Assembly (NCBI GenBank): GCA_963771175.1
Contig: CAVYSY010000026.1
Span: 352,001-416,000, forward strand
DNA: 64,000 nt
Source of the DNA: an uncultured delta proteobacterium
Lineage (GTDB): Bacteria > Myxococcota > Myxococcia > Myxococcales > Myxococcaceae
Reading direction: 5' to 3'
Part shown: piece by piece, positions 1 to 10,854 of the stretch
Layout: each line of letters starts with the position of its first letter
How positions within the stretch are numbered: position 1 is the first letter of the stretch
Translations under genes and position numbers: made by a program
Notes under the pieces: generated by a model
Database searches by the model: none
The model's input: only the letters and a program-made list of their open reading frames with translations
Told to the model about the DNA's origin: nothing

Positions 1-175
1 CCGAACAGAATTCAATTCCTCTACGACTTCCTGTTCCCCTGTACCGCCGAGAGCAAGAGCGAGCCGCTCGGAGAGCAGAGTCAGAAGGTGCGGAAGCTGG
101 ATAAGTACAAGGACCCCTCGCAGGAGGACGGACATGCGCGCTCTCGTGACGCCTCAGCTTGGAATCAGCCGATGA
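1..175 (+). CDS. Partial (5'-truncated) C-terminus of a putative nuclease toxin, TseV/VRR-NUC-like; frameshifted
   Basis: Frame 1 reads PNRIQFLYDFLFPC..., and another frame ends [11 protein letters not shown] with its TGA overlapping the ATG at 172 of a DUF3396-like gene. YDFxFPC resembles myxobacterial toxin C-termini. Confidence 0.45.
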   Translation, partial: RTEFNSSTTSCSPVPPRARASRSESRVRRCGSWISTRTPRRRTDMRALVTPQLGISR

Positions 176-1155
176 CCGAGCACTACCCCCGGCTGCGTCG
201 TCTACTCCTCCCAGCAGGGGGAGACCACCTCGTCCAGCGGAAGTGGTTAGGCTCGTCGTGCACCTTCCGTTTGACCACTATGACCTCTCGGACGGAGTGA
301 ACCGTGCGCTCGATGTGTACCTCCGCGCTATTGGACAGGGACCGGAAATTCTTTCGGAGTGGTGCGACGTCTGGCGAATTCGACGCATTTCCGCTGGATG
401 AGTGCGGGTGGGAGTTCGTCCGGTCAGCGCTTTCGACACTCGCGGGGGACGCTTCCTCGACGACGTCAAAGACGAGCAATACGTCCATCGCCCGGTGAAG
501 AAACAGTTCACCGTGCGCTGGCTGTTGGGTGGGTCATCGGGCGTCGTGGCTATGGATTCTTCTACTGGGCCCGCCTGCCTGGCGTACTCCCGTGGAGGAA
601 AGGGTCACGCATCGGTGGCGCTTCTCCTGGCCCACGGAGTACCTCGAGGAGCACGGCCCCGGGACGAGTGAGGGGAGTTGCGCATGGAGCTGGCGTCAGT
701 CCTGCCCTTCTCCTCCGGCCACGCCGGCCTCGCCTTCTTATTCGCCCAACCCCTTCGTGCGCTTCCATGGAAAGGGATTCGCGAGGACGCCTTCCGGTAC
801 CCGGGGCTGGATGTGGCCCACGGCAGCACGATCCCTCGGGCCCCGCGTGGATGGCGTGCATTGGCTCAACTTCCTCGGCCAGCCAGTGCTGGGGGAGTTG
901 GGCGGCGCCGCGGGCCTGCGCACCCGGCTGCACTCCCCTGGAACCACCGTCCAGGAGCTGGAGGGCGAGCGGGTCGTGGTGACGCTGGGAGAGTGGCCGG
1001 AGGCTGGAGACCTGGCGCGAGGCCAGGACCTCCCCGCGTACCGCGAACTCGCACATGTGCTGGAGCCCTGGCTGTACCAGTGCCCCAGCTACGAAGCGTT
1101 CCACGGCACCACACACGAGGAAACCGTTCGCTGGTGGCGCCGCTTCCTCGATTGA
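172..1155 (+). CDS. DUF3396/TsiV-like type VI immunity protein (several frameshifts)
   Basis: Starts MTEHYPRLR; contains [32 protein letters not shown] and [15 protein letters not shown]; ends RWWRRFLD. Confidence 0.75.
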
Positions 1156-1165
1156 GTGCGGATGC

Positions 1166-3526
1166 TCAGCCCGGCATCAGGAAGCGCGCGATGACGCGCT
1201 TGAGGCCCACGCTCCGTCCGAACTCCACCGTCACCTTCGCGTTGGGGCCGTTTCCGTCCGTCGACACGATGCGCCCCATGCCGAACTGCTCGTGGCGCAC
1301 CGACATGCCGCGCACGTCTCCGCCCTCGCCGTCCATTCCGAGGCCTGCGAGTAGGAGCGGTCGATGCGCGGCCCGTCATCGTCCTCGAAGTGGCGCCGGC
1401 GCTGCACCATCGGAGATGCCCTCGAGGGCGGCGTCTCCAATCCTCTCCGCGAAGCCGAAGAGCGCCTGCGGCACCTCGCGCAGGAAGCGCGAGGGCGGGT
1501 TGTAGCGCAGCTCGCCGAAGAGGCGCGCGGCACTGCGCCAAGCGTGACGAACAGCCGCTTGCGCGCGCGCGTGAAGCCCACGTAGCAGAGCCGCCGCTCC
1601 TCGGCCATCTCCTCCCCGTCCGGGTCCTCCGCCGCCAGCGAGCGCGGCAGTGCGGGAAGACCCCGTCCTCCATGCCGGTGATGAACACCGCGTCGAACTC
1701 GAGCCCCTTCGCCGCGTGCAGCGTCATCAGCGCCACCCGGCCCTCGCCCACGTCCGCGTCCGCGTCGCCCACCAGCGCTGATCTGCTCCAGGAAGGCCTG
1801 CAGCGCGGGCACGTCCGCCGTAAGCGGCGAGGGTCCAGGCCCTCGTCCTCCGGCGCGCGCGGGCGCGCGTCCTCGCCCTCTTCGTCCCCGCCGAGGCCGC
1901 CGCCACGGCCGCGGCCGCGCGGTTCAGGTCGAACTCCTGCGCGGCGCCCAGGAACTCGCGCAGGTTCTCCGCGCGCGTCAGCGACTCGTCGGTGCCCTCG
2001 GCGATGAGCGCCTCCACCAGCGTGCGAGTCCTTGAGCATCTGGTCCACCGCGCTCGCCGCGTCCTGGGCCTCCTGCGCGAAGGCGTGCAGCGAGGACACC
2101 AGCCGCGTGGAAGCCGGTGAGCCGGCGCACCGCCGCCGAGTTGAGGCCGGTAATCCGCTCGGGCGCCGCGAGTCGCCTCGTAGAGGCTCACGCCCGCCTG
2201 GTTGGCCCAGTCCTCCAGCCGCTCCACCGTGGTGTCGCCGATGCCGCGCGCCGGCGTGTTGATGACGCGCAGCAGGTCCGCGTCCGAGCGCGGGTTCACC
2301 ATCAGGCGCAGGTAGGCCGCCGCGTCCCGGACCTCGGCCCGGTCGTAGAAGCTGCGCCCGCTCACCAGCGTGTAGGGCACGCGCGCCAGCCGCAGCGCCT
2401 CCTCCAGCACGCGGCTCTGCGCGTTCGTCCGGTAGAAGACCGCCATCCCCGAGTACTTGATGAAGCCCTCGCGCTGCAGCTCGTGGATGCGGCGCGCCAC
2501 CTCCTGGGCCTCGGCGCGCTCGTCGCGGTTCATCAGCAGCGTGAGGTTGCTCGCCCTTGGGCCGCTCGCTCCACAGCTTCTTCGCCATGCGCCGCGTGTT
2601 CGCGCGCGATGACCGCGTGCGCCGCGTCGAGGATGTTCTGGTCCGAGCGGTAGTTCTGCTCCAGCTTCACCACCCGCGCGCCCGGGTAGTGGTCCGGGAA
2701 GTGGAGGATGTTGTCCACGCTCGCGCCGCGCCAGCGGTAGATGGACTGGTCGTCGTCGCCCACCACCACCAGGTTGGCGACGCCGCTCCGGCGGAGCCAG
2801 CAGGCGCAGCAGCTCGTACTGCACGGGGTTGGTGTCCTGGAACTCGTCCACCAGGATGTGCTGGAAGCGCCGCCGGTAGTGGTCCAGCACGTCCGGGCGC
2901 TTGCGGAAGAGCCGCCACCAGCAGCAGCAGCAGGTCGCCGAAGTCCACCGCGTTCGCCGCGCGCAGCAGCCGCTGGTAGGCGCGGTAGGTCTTCTGCACC
3001 ACCCCGCCGCGCAGGTCGTCCACGTCCACCACCATGCTCGTCCGGGAGGCGGGCGGCGTTCTTCTCCTGGTCGATGCGGTGGAGGATCTCCCGCGGCTGC
3101 ATGACGGGGTCCATCGCGGACCTCGCGCATGGCGCGCTTGACGAGCTGGAGCTGGTCCCCGTCGTCGTAGATGACGAACGAGGGGGTGAGCCCCAGCAAC
3201 TCCGCTACCGACTCGTCCCGGAGGACGCGGCGAAGAATCATCGACGCCGAGGAGTGGAAGGTGCTCACCACCAGCTCGTGCGCCTGGAAGCCGAGGAGCT
3301 GGACGAGCCGCTCGCGCATCTCGCGCGCGGCCTTGTTGGTGAAGGTGACGGCGAGGATGCGCCACGGCGCGACGCCGCGCACCTGGACCAGGTGGGCCAT
3401 CCGGCGGGTGATGACGCGCGTCTTGCCGCTGCCCGCGCCGGACAGCACGAGGAGCGGGCCATCCCCATGGAGGACCGCTTCCCTCTGGGGCTCGTTCAGG
3501 TCTTTGAGGAGTTCGTCGGCGTTCAA
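1166..3526 (-). CDS. pcrA: ATP-dependent DNA helicase UvrD/PcrA (multiple apparent sequencing frameshifts)
   Basis: [63 protein letters not shown] and [13 protein letters not shown] are spread over several frames; TTG start at 3526. Confidence 0.92.
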
Positions 3527-3645
3527 GGCAGGGTGCTCTTCTAGAGGCAAACCCTGCTTGTAACGAGTTTCCGCCCATCTGGAAGGACGTTCAGCGGTGG
3601 GGGCCCCTCGCCTGCCCTGCTGGGGAGCATGTCTCCCCGAGCGGC

Positions 3646-4993
3646 TCAACACCCGCAGTCGCAGTTCTCCACCTCGGCCCCGACCACCTCGGAGCCGTCC
3701 TCGCGGATCAGCCGCACCCGTTGTGTGGGCCAGGACGCGTGCAGGAGCAGCTCCACCTGCCCGTCCCCCTCCAGGTCCAGCACCGCCGCCACCGTGTCCC
3801 CGTTCAACTCCTTCGCGGTCAGCACCCGCTCCCCGCCGCCGGGTCCCAGCACCACGGCCCGGGTGAGCTGCTCGTTGTAGTCCGAGCCGCATTCCGAGTT
3901 GCCCTCGCCCGTGACGAAGCGCGCCACCGTGAAGACGACGTCGTGCTCCCCCGAGGAGTAGCGCGCCGTCTTCACGTCCTCCGCCAGATTCTCCTGCACC
4001 TGCTCCGCCCGGACGGAGCCCTCCGAGCGCAGCGTGGCGAACCGGGGAGAGCTCCGGAGCGCGCGCTCCTGGGCCGCCCGCACCTCCTCGGAAGGCTCGT
4101 CCCCGAGCGAGTAGAACACCGGCGCCTTCGTGCCCGCGGGCAGGGCGAACACCAGGTCGCTCGGCGTCATCCCGCAGTCCAGCTCCGCGAAGGCCCACGC
4201 CCGGCCACAGCCCGGCTCCGTGGGCAGCGGCTCCTGCTGGGCGTAGCTGAAGTGGGGCACGCCGCGGTTGAGCCACGCGAACCCCGCCACCTTGCACCCG
4301 GACTGCACCAGCCCGTTCGCCCCATAGAGGTCGACGACATCTCCCGGGACGAAGCGGCCGGTGGGATCCTTCTCGGCCGGGGCCATCCACAGGCGCCGGC
4401 CCTCGTCCACGGGCGCGAGCCCGTCATTGCCGGCGTCCTTGTCCAGCAGCATGAAGGTGCGTCCGGCATGTACCTCCACGAAGCGCGGCCCCACCTCGTG
4501 CTTCCGGGTTCCGGCGCGCGCGGCAGCGGCCTCGGCCTCGGTGCGACAGGTGGCCTCCTTGCGTTCCCGCTCGGAGTCCAGCGGCCCGGCGTTCTTCACG
4601 TAGGCCTCCACCCCCGCCTCCGCCAACCGCTCGCGGAAGCCCTCCGCGGCCACCTTGTCAGCGAAGGCGTTGGCCACCACCACCTCCAGGCACGGCCGCA
4701 GGTTCCGGAAGGCGTTGGTGGACAGCCGGCCCGGCTCCGCGGGCAGCCCCGTCTTCTTCAGTGCATCCAGGGCCTCGGCCCCCTGCCCCAGGGTGGGCGA
4801 GGAGTGGAGGATGACCAACCAGCGCCTCGCATAACGCGCCTCGGGTGGTGGAGGATGCCACACCCGGAGTGGAGGCGTCCGGCGCCGGGGCCGCCACGAC
4901 GGGGGCCGGCTCGGAGGAACCACAACCCCGGAGCCCCTGGCATCCCAACACAGCCAGCAGGGGCAGGAGGAACAGGCGCGACAGTCGAGGCAT
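3646..4993 (-). CDS. Hypothetical secreted/lipoprotein (frameshift near 4835)
   Basis: N-terminus MPRLSRLFLLPLLAVLGC (lipobox) joins the long frame ending NCDCGC. Confidence 0.65.
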
Positions 4994-5022
4994 ACGAGAT
5001 GTTGTACCAGTAGACTCGCGCC

Positions 5023-5493
5023 ATGTCCGACACCGAGACCCGCCCCACCCAGGAGCAGCTCGACCGCTACGCCGAGCTGTTCAGCCAGAGTCAGACGATG
5101 CGGTTCTTCGGCCTGCGGTTGAGCTTCCCCCAGGGCGAGAAGGTCGTCATCACCCTCCCCGAGGTGCGCCCCGAGCACCGCGGGGGCCTGGGCACCGCCG
5201 CCATCAACGGGGGCGTGCTCTCCGCCATGTTCGACTACGCCATCGGCTGCACACCCGCCCTGAAGGACCCCTCCCGCCGCGCCGCCACCATGCAGCTCTC
5301 CATGAGCTTCGAGCGGCCCGTGCTGGGCGACGTCGTGCGCGCCGAGGCCACCATCGACTCGGCCGGCACCTCCACCCTCTTCGCCTCCGCCCGGATGTAT
5401 GACGCACAGGGTCAGGTGTGTGCCCGCTGCCAGGGGGTGGTCAAGCTGTCCCAGATGAAGTGGGCCTCGGGGCAGAGCCCCGCCATCAACTGA
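5023..5493 (+). CDS. PaaI-family hotdog thioesterase
   Basis: AINGGVLSAMFDYAIG motif; 156 aa. Confidence 0.85.
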   Translation: MSDTETRPTQEQLDRYAELFSQSQTMRFFGLRLSFPQGEKVVITLPEVRPEHRGGLGTAAINGGVLSAMFDYAIGCTPALKDPSRRAATMQLSMSFERPVLGDVVRAEATIDSAGTSTLFASARMYDAQGQVCARCQGVVKLSQMKWASGQSPAIN

Positions 5494-5603
5494 CCCCCCC
5501 TCCGCCTTCACCCCGCTCCGATATGCCCACTGGCACCGGACGTTTCCCAGGCACCGGGGAGCAGCGAGACCCTGGCGGGCCCTCGGATTCTCGGGAAGGC
5601 GCG

Positions 5604-6242
5604 ATGGGTGTGGCCTTGGTGCAACCAGTGCGGAGCGTGGTGCGACAGCGGGAGGAGAGCACGCGACCGGGGGGGAGCGTGCGGGAGGACGAGGTCGAGC
5701 TCGCACGGCGCGCCCTGCACGGGGAGCGTGCCGCCTGGGATGTACTCATCTCCCGCTACCATCACCGAGTGGTGGTCTCGCTGCTCGCCCGGGGAGTCCG
5801 GGCGGATCGGGCACAGGAGATTGCCCAGGAGACGTGGGTGCGTCTCATCCAGCAGCAGCAGAAGGGGCAGCTCCCCGAGCTGCGCCTGCCCAACCTCGCC
5901 CTCACCCAGGCGGCGTTCCTCGCGGCGGACGAGGGGCGTCGGGCCCGCCGGGAGTCCGTGGCGGGCAGCGTGGAGGAGCTGTCCGAGGCCCACCACCCGG
6001 TGGACCCCTCGGTCTCCGCCGAGCGGCGCCTGTTGTCCGAAGAGCAGCTCGCCCGGGCCCAGACGGCCCTGAAGCAGTGCTCGACGAGCGCCCAGCGGGT
6101 CTTTCAACTGGCGTGCGACGGCCAGGAGCTGCCGCACGCCGAGGTGGCCGCGCGCGTCGGCTTGTCCGTGCAGCGCGTCCGACAAATCTTGTGCGAGGTC
6201 CGCAAGAAGCTGCGGAGCGCCCTCGAGGAGGAAGCACCATGA
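5604..6242 (+). CDS. ECF RNA polymerase sigma factor
   Basis: Region 2 (AWDVLISRY, AQEIAQETWVRL) and region 4 HTH (HAEVAARVGLSVQRVRQ). Confidence 0.85.
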   Translation: MGVALVQPVRSVVRQREESTRPGGSVREDEVELARRALHGERAAWDVLISRYHHRVVVSLLARGVRADRAQEIAQETWVRLIQQQQKGQLPELRLPNLALTQAAFLAADEGRRARRESVAGSVEELSEAHHPVDPSVSAERRLLSEEQLARAQTALKQCSTSAQRVFQLACDGQELPHAEVAARVGLSVQRVRQILCEVRKKLRSALEEEAP

Positions 6243-6778
6243 ACCAGCCGCACATCCACCCCGCCGACGCCGAGCAGTACGTCCTCGGGGCGATGGAACC
6301 GGAGGCCGCGGCGGCCCTCGAGGCCCACACGGTGGAGTGCCCCCCGTGCGCCCTCATCCTCCAGCGCGAGGCCCTGCTGGAGGAGCAGCTCCGCGAGGTG
6401 GCCCAGGCGGCCGCCGACGAGGCCCGGGTCATCCGCCCGGCCCGCTGGAGCCGCCCCCGGGTGCCCGCCGCCGCGGGGGTGGTGATGGCGGCCGCGGCGG
6501 CGGTGATGCTCGTCGTCCTCCGTCCCCAGCCGGTGAGCACCCCGGAGACCCAGGACGACGGCTTCCCGGTGATGGCACTGCCGATGAACCTGCCGGAGAC
6601 GCCGGAGCGGCTGGTGGCCTGTCCGGACCTGGCGAGCCAGGAAGCGTGTGCCTCCGAGGCGCTGGCTCGCGGGCTGCTGGTGCAGTACCCCCAGGGGGTG
6701 GGCGAGGTCCCCCGCTACGAGGGCCACGCCGGACTGCCAGCCGGCGCGCTCCTCGCCGAAGGGCCCGCTTCGCTGTGA
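6239..6778 (+). CDS. zf-HC2 (ZAS) anti-sigma factor with TM helix
   Basis: ATGA overlap with the sigma gene; YVLGAM...HTVECPPC, followed by a hydrophobic segment. Confidence 0.8.
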   Translation: MNQPHIHPADAEQYVLGAMEPEAAAALEAHTVECPPCALILQREALLEEQLREVAQAAADEARVIRPARWSRPRVPAAAGVVMAAAAAVMLVVLRPQPVSTPETQDDGFPVMALPMNLPETPERLVACPDLASQEACASEALARGLLVQYPQGVGEVPRYEGHAGLPAGALLAEGPASL

Positions 6779-6789
6779 AAGGCTCCGCC

Positions 6790-7908
6790 ATGACCGACCG
6801 GATGAAGTACAGCCTGACGCTCCTGTGGGTGGCGGCGCTCGCCGTGGGGTGGCCCGCGGCGGCGGCGGACGGCAAGAAGGCCCTGCCCGAGGGGTGGTTC
6901 GTCACCGAGAGCGCGCCCCAGCTCTACGAGGCGGGCCTGGACACCGAGAGCCCGTGCGAGGGCAACCGCAGCGCGTTCCTGCGCTCGCGCCAGGAGATGA
7001 CCGAGGGCTACGGCACCTTCATGCAGGCCTTCGGCGCGGGGGCCTTCCGGGGCAAGCGGCTGCGCTTCTCCGCCCTGGTGCGCACCGAGGACGTGCGGGG
7101 CTGGACGGGCCTGTGGATGCGGGTGGAGGGCGAGGACCCGAAGGAGCCGCTCGCCTTCGACAACATGCAATCGCGCGCGCTGGTGGGCTCCACGCCGTGC
7201 AAGCGCTACGACGTGGTGCTGGACGTGCCCCAGGAGGCCAAGGCCATCATGGCCGGGCTGATGCTCAGCGGCACGGGCAAGGCGTGGATCGGCTCGGTGC
7301 GCTTCGAGACGGTGGACGCCTCGGTGCCAGTCACCAACCTGATCGCCGACAGGCCCCAGCCGCGCGCCGACAGGCCCACCGGGCGCATCGGTCGCGTCTG
7401 GTTCAACCGGGGGCAGGTGGAGGGCGAGCAGTACCGCGCCCTGCTGCAGCCGGACGGCTCCTGGAAGGACAACCTCGCAAACACGCTCTCGGTGGTGGAG
7501 GGCAACACGGTGCAGGGCACCGTGGGCAAGCAGCCGGTGCGCCTCACCGTCAAGGCCGGCGGCCCCTCCACCATCATCGAGGGTCAAGTGGGCAAGGAGC
7601 CGGTGTACATCGAGCTGGGCGCGCACAAGCTCGTCATGAAGCGGGGCATCTACACGCGGGACCTGGTGCGCGAGGACGAGCGCCCCGAGGACCACTCCTG
7701 CATCCGCTACCGGACCGGGGAAGGGATTGCCGTGAGCGACTTCCTCGACGTGTGTGGCGAGGCGCTCAGCAAGAAGCCGCCGCTGGTGCCCCTGGTGCTC
7801 TCCTTCCTGCAGAACGGTTTCCGCACGGTCTCGGCGGATAGGACCGCCTCTCCTCGCGTGGCGCCCAAGGATCGGCTCGCCGCCCCCCAGGTCCCCCAGC
7901 CCCGCTAA
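6790..7908 (+). CDS. Secreted hypothetical protein with a probable beta-sandwich domain
   Basis: Signal peptide MKYSLTLLWVAALAVGWPAAA; FRGKRLRFS...GWTGLWMRV...FDNM motif; directly follows the anti-sigma gene. Confidence 0.65.
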   Translation: MTDRMKYSLTLLWVAALAVGWPAAAADGKKALPEGWFVTESAPQLYEAGLDTESPCEGNRSAFLRSRQEMTEGYGTFMQAFGAGAFRGKRLRFSALVRTEDVRGWTGLWMRVEGEDPKEPLAFDNMQSRALVGSTPCKRYDVVLDVPQEAKAIMAGLMLSGTGKAWIGSVRFETVDASVPVTNLIADRPQPRADRPTGRIGRVWFNRGQVEGEQYRALLQPDGSWKDNLANTLSVVEGNTVQGTVGKQPVRLTVKAGGPSTIIEGQVGKEPVYIELGAHKLVMKRGIYTRDLVREDERPEDHSCIRYRTGEGIAVSDFLDVCGEALSKKPPLVPLVLSFLQNGFRTVSADRTASPRVAPKDRLAAPQVPQPR

Positions 7909-7960
7909 CCATGACCCGCCCCCTGGCGCCGGTACGCGGGATGTGCTGAGCATCCCGCGC

Positions 7961-8620
7961 ATGGAAACGCAAACGCGCACCGCGGTCGTGGCCGGCGCGA
8001 GCGGGCTCGTCGGAAGCCACCTGCTCGACGCGCTGCTCGAGGACCCTCGCTACCGGGAGGTCCACTCCCTGGGCCGCCGTCCGCTGCCGAAGCAGCACCC
8101 GAAGCTCGTCCAGCACACCGTGGACTTCGCCCGGCTCGGGGACGAGGCGCTGCCGCCCGTCGATGAGGCCTTCTGCTGCCTGGGCACCACCATCAAGAAG
8201 GCTGGCAGCCAGGAGGCCTTCCGCGCCGTGGATCATGACGCCGTGCTGGCCTTCGCGCAGGCCGCGAAGAAGGCGGGGGCCCGGAGCTTCCTGGTGGTGA
8301 CGGCGCTCGGGGCGGACCCGCGCTCGCGCGTCTTCTACAACCGCGTGAAGGGCGAGGTGCAGGAGGCGCTCAAGGCCATCGGCTTCGAGTCCCTCGTCCT
8401 CCTCCAGCCGTCACTCCTCCTCGGTGAGCGCACCGAGCACCGTCCGGGCGAGCACGCGGCCATCGTGGCCTCGCGGGTGCTCGCGCCACTGCTGCGCCCG
8501 TTCGGAAGCCGCCCCATCGAGGCGCACACCGTCGCGCGGGCGATGCTCGCCCTCGCACGCGAGGCGCCGAAAGGTGTGAAGGTGGCTCCGTCGGGAGAGC
8601 TGCAGAAGCTCGGCCGGTAG
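7961..8620 (+). CDS. NAD(P)-binding oxidoreductase (YraR/TIP30-like)
   Basis: VAGASGLVG, FCCLGTTIKKAGS and FYNRVKGEV motifs. Confidence 0.88.
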   Translation: METQTRTAVVAGASGLVGSHLLDALLEDPRYREVHSLGRRPLPKQHPKLVQHTVDFARLGDEALPPVDEAFCCLGTTIKKAGSQEAFRAVDHDAVLAFAQAAKKAGARSFLVVTALGADPRSRVFYNRVKGEVQEALKAIGFESLVLLQPSLLLGERTEHRPGEHAAIVASRVLAPLLRPFGSRPIEAHTVARAMLALAREAPKGVKVAPSGELQKLGR

Positions 8621-8636
8621 CGCCGGGGCGGGTCCT

Positions 8637-9824
8637 TTAGAAGGAGAAATCCCGCTCGAAGAGCTCGCTGTTGCCCACCCGCACCATCAGGTGGGCGGAG
8701 CGACCGCCGGCACCGGTACCGAGGTCGAACTCGAGACCTTCCGGACCTTGCTGGGGCTTGAGCGAGGGCTTGCCGGGGGCGAGGAACACCGCCGCGGTCA
8801 CGGCACGGCCCGAGAGGGGTTGCACCAGGAGCCGGGAGCGCTGGCGCTCGCGAACGAGCACCACGCGGAACTCCCGCCGCTCCTCGAGGACTTCGCGATG
8901 CTCGGGGTGGCGCGCGGCACCGGGCCTGCGCGCGGGGGCGGGCTCACGCGAGGAACGGGCAACGGGCATGGGCTGCTCCTCGTCCCGCAGCGCCTTCTCG
9001 ATGGCGTTGTCCCCCTCCTCCAGGGCCCAGATGGCCTGCGCGCAATCGAGGCATTTCTGCGTGTGGCGATCCACCCAGGCCAGCTCGTTCGCGGACATCA
9101 TCCCCATGTCGAAGCGCCACAACTCGTCTTCGCTCAGGTGGAGCAACTGCCCCTTGGGTGGCTCCTCGACGCTCGCGGTGCTCTGGAGATCCGCGCGACA
9201 GTCGGGGCAACTCCGCAGGTGGGGACTCGGTCGCTCGGGCTCGTTGCCCAGGGCCGCCAGGAAGTCGTCACAGTCCGCGCGATCGTTGAACCACCAGGCG
9301 AGTGTCCTCTCGGCGGCATCGAGCACGTCGCGCTCGGCTCTGCGCTGCGCGTTGAGGGGGATGAACCAGCGGGCCTTCGAACGGAGCGCGGCGTCCAGAC
9401 GTCCGAGGCCCTCGCGAAACGCCTTCAACCGCGATGCTGAGTCTCCGTCGAGCGCGCCATGAAGTGCTTCCCACTCGCCTATCGCGCGGACGGCGGACTC
9501 GGCCCTGTCTCGCGCGGAGAGACCTTCCAACGAGGAGCTGCGCCACACCTCGGACTCCACGCCGTCTTCCCCGAGGGCCACCTCGGCGGCCTCCTCCGCG
9601 GCACGGAGGAGCGCGGGCTGGAGCGCCTCGGGCTTCTGCGCTCGGAGCCAGGTGTCGATGTCCGCACGACTCAAGCCCCGCAGGGCCTGCTCCACTCCGT
9701 CCCGTCCCAACCGCTCGCCGCGCCGGAGAACGTCTCCAATCGCCACGAGGGAACCGTCCGCGGGAGCGCTACCCCGCGCGAGCTGCTCACGACGGGACTG
9801 ATAACGAGAGAGTGTGTCGGACAT
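8637..9824 (-). CDS. Hypothetical protein, probable soluble zinc-binding anti-sigma factor
   Basis: Follows an ECF sigma; has two HxxxCxxC motifs (HLRSCPDC, HTQKCLDC). Confidence 0.6.
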   Translation of the reverse strand: MSDTLSRYQSRREQLARGSAPADGSLVAIGDVLRRGERLGRDGVEQALRGLSRADIDTWLRAQKPEALQPALLRAAEEAAEVALGEDGVESEVWRSSSLEGLSARDRAESAVRAIGEWEALHGALDGDSASRLKAFREGLGRLDAALRSKARWFIPLNAQRRAERDVLDAAERTLAWWFNDRADCDDFLAALGNEPERPSPHLRSCPDCRADLQSTASVEEPPKGQLLHLSEDELWRFDMGMMSANELAWVDRHTQKCLDCAQAIWALEEGDNAIEKALRDEEQPMPVARSSREPAPARRPGAARHPEHREVLEERREFRVVLVRERQRSRLLVQPLSGRAVTAAVFLAPGKPSLKPQQGPEGLEFDLGTGAGGRSAHLMVRVGNSELFERDFSF

Positions 9825-9853
9825 GCGAGTACCCTCCTTCGGGTACAAAGGGC

Positions 9854-10516
9854 TCACTCCTGCCCGCCCTCCTTCTGGAGGTCGAGCAGGTAGAGCTTCA
9901 GGTAGGCCTGTGCGCGGCTGACGCGCTTGTACGAGTTGACCACGGTGATGTTGAGTCTCCGGGCGCATTCCTCGTGGTCCTCTACGTCCTGGTGGTGGTA
10001 CAGGTCCCACGCACCAGCTTCCTTGGGATGCTCACGCTGCAGGCGCTCGAAGGCGCGCCAGTAGAGTTCCTGGGCCTCGGTGCGCTCCTCGTCCCGCCGC
10101 GACTTGTCCATCGCGCGGTGCGCATCGACGGGCGACTCCTCCGGAGCCTCATCGGGGTTGGCCACGGCTGGCGCGAGGTCCTCGCGCTGCCGCCGGTAGA
10201 AGTCGATGGCCACGTGCTTGACGATGCGCAGGAAGAACGTCTTGGGAGACGCACTGCGCCCGGGCATCTGCTCGGAGACACCGCGGAACTGGTCGAGGCC
10301 GCGGTCGAGGAACTTGCCGATCGCGTCCTGGTAGAGCTCGTCCGCGTCCGCTGGAGAGCCGCGGCCATAGCTGGCCTGGATTTTGGAAATGACGTAGCGG
10401 GCCGGACGGGCCCAGCGCTCGCAGAGCGCGCCAAGCGGGGCTCCGACCGCCTCACCCGCGGCGCGGCGTTGGAGCACCTCTGCGAACAGTTCGTCATCCG
10501 TGAGCTCGTCGAACAC
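9854..10516 (-). CDS. ECF RNA polymerase sigma factor
   Basis: DADELYQD, FFLRIVKHVAIDFYRR and ECARRLNITVVNSYKRVSRA. Confidence 0.85.
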   Translation of the reverse strand: MFDELTDDELFAEVLQRRAAGEAVGAPLGALCERWARPARYVISKIQASYGRGSPADADELYQDAIGKFLDRGLDQFRGVSEQMPGRSASPKTFFLRIVKHVAIDFYRRQREDLAPAVANPDEAPEESPVDAHRAMDKSRRDEERTEAQELYWRAFERLQREHPKEAGAWDLYHHQDVEDHEECARRLNITVVNSYKRVSRAQAYLKLYLLDLQKEGGQE

Positions 10517-10854
10517 CGGAAGGACCTCGGAGCGCCGCCAGGAGGCAAGAGACCCCCGCCTGGGCAGGGTGGGGTTCGGTGAAACGGCGGGTCAAGGTAG
10601 CACGACGGCATCCGAAGGCAGCCTCCCGATTACACCAGCGCCGTGTGTCCGACAGCGGGCACACGAAGGGCGTCTGAAAGGCAGGACGGAACCCGGGGGG
10701 GATTCCTGACGGGGGGATTTTCCGGCCCATTTTTCCGGGCCCGGGTCCCCCCCGGCCGGACAGACCTCGCCCTGAACGCCCGGATAGCCTCCCGTCAGGA
10801 GGGGCGGCTGCGCCCCGTCCCTGCGGCTGAATTCAATTTAAAGGAAGCATCACC

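Noticed and set aside
1166..3526. pcrA/uvrD as a pseudogene or programmed frameshift
   Set aside because: All motifs are intact, and similar indels hit many unrelated genes, including coaA; assembly error is the simpler explanation.
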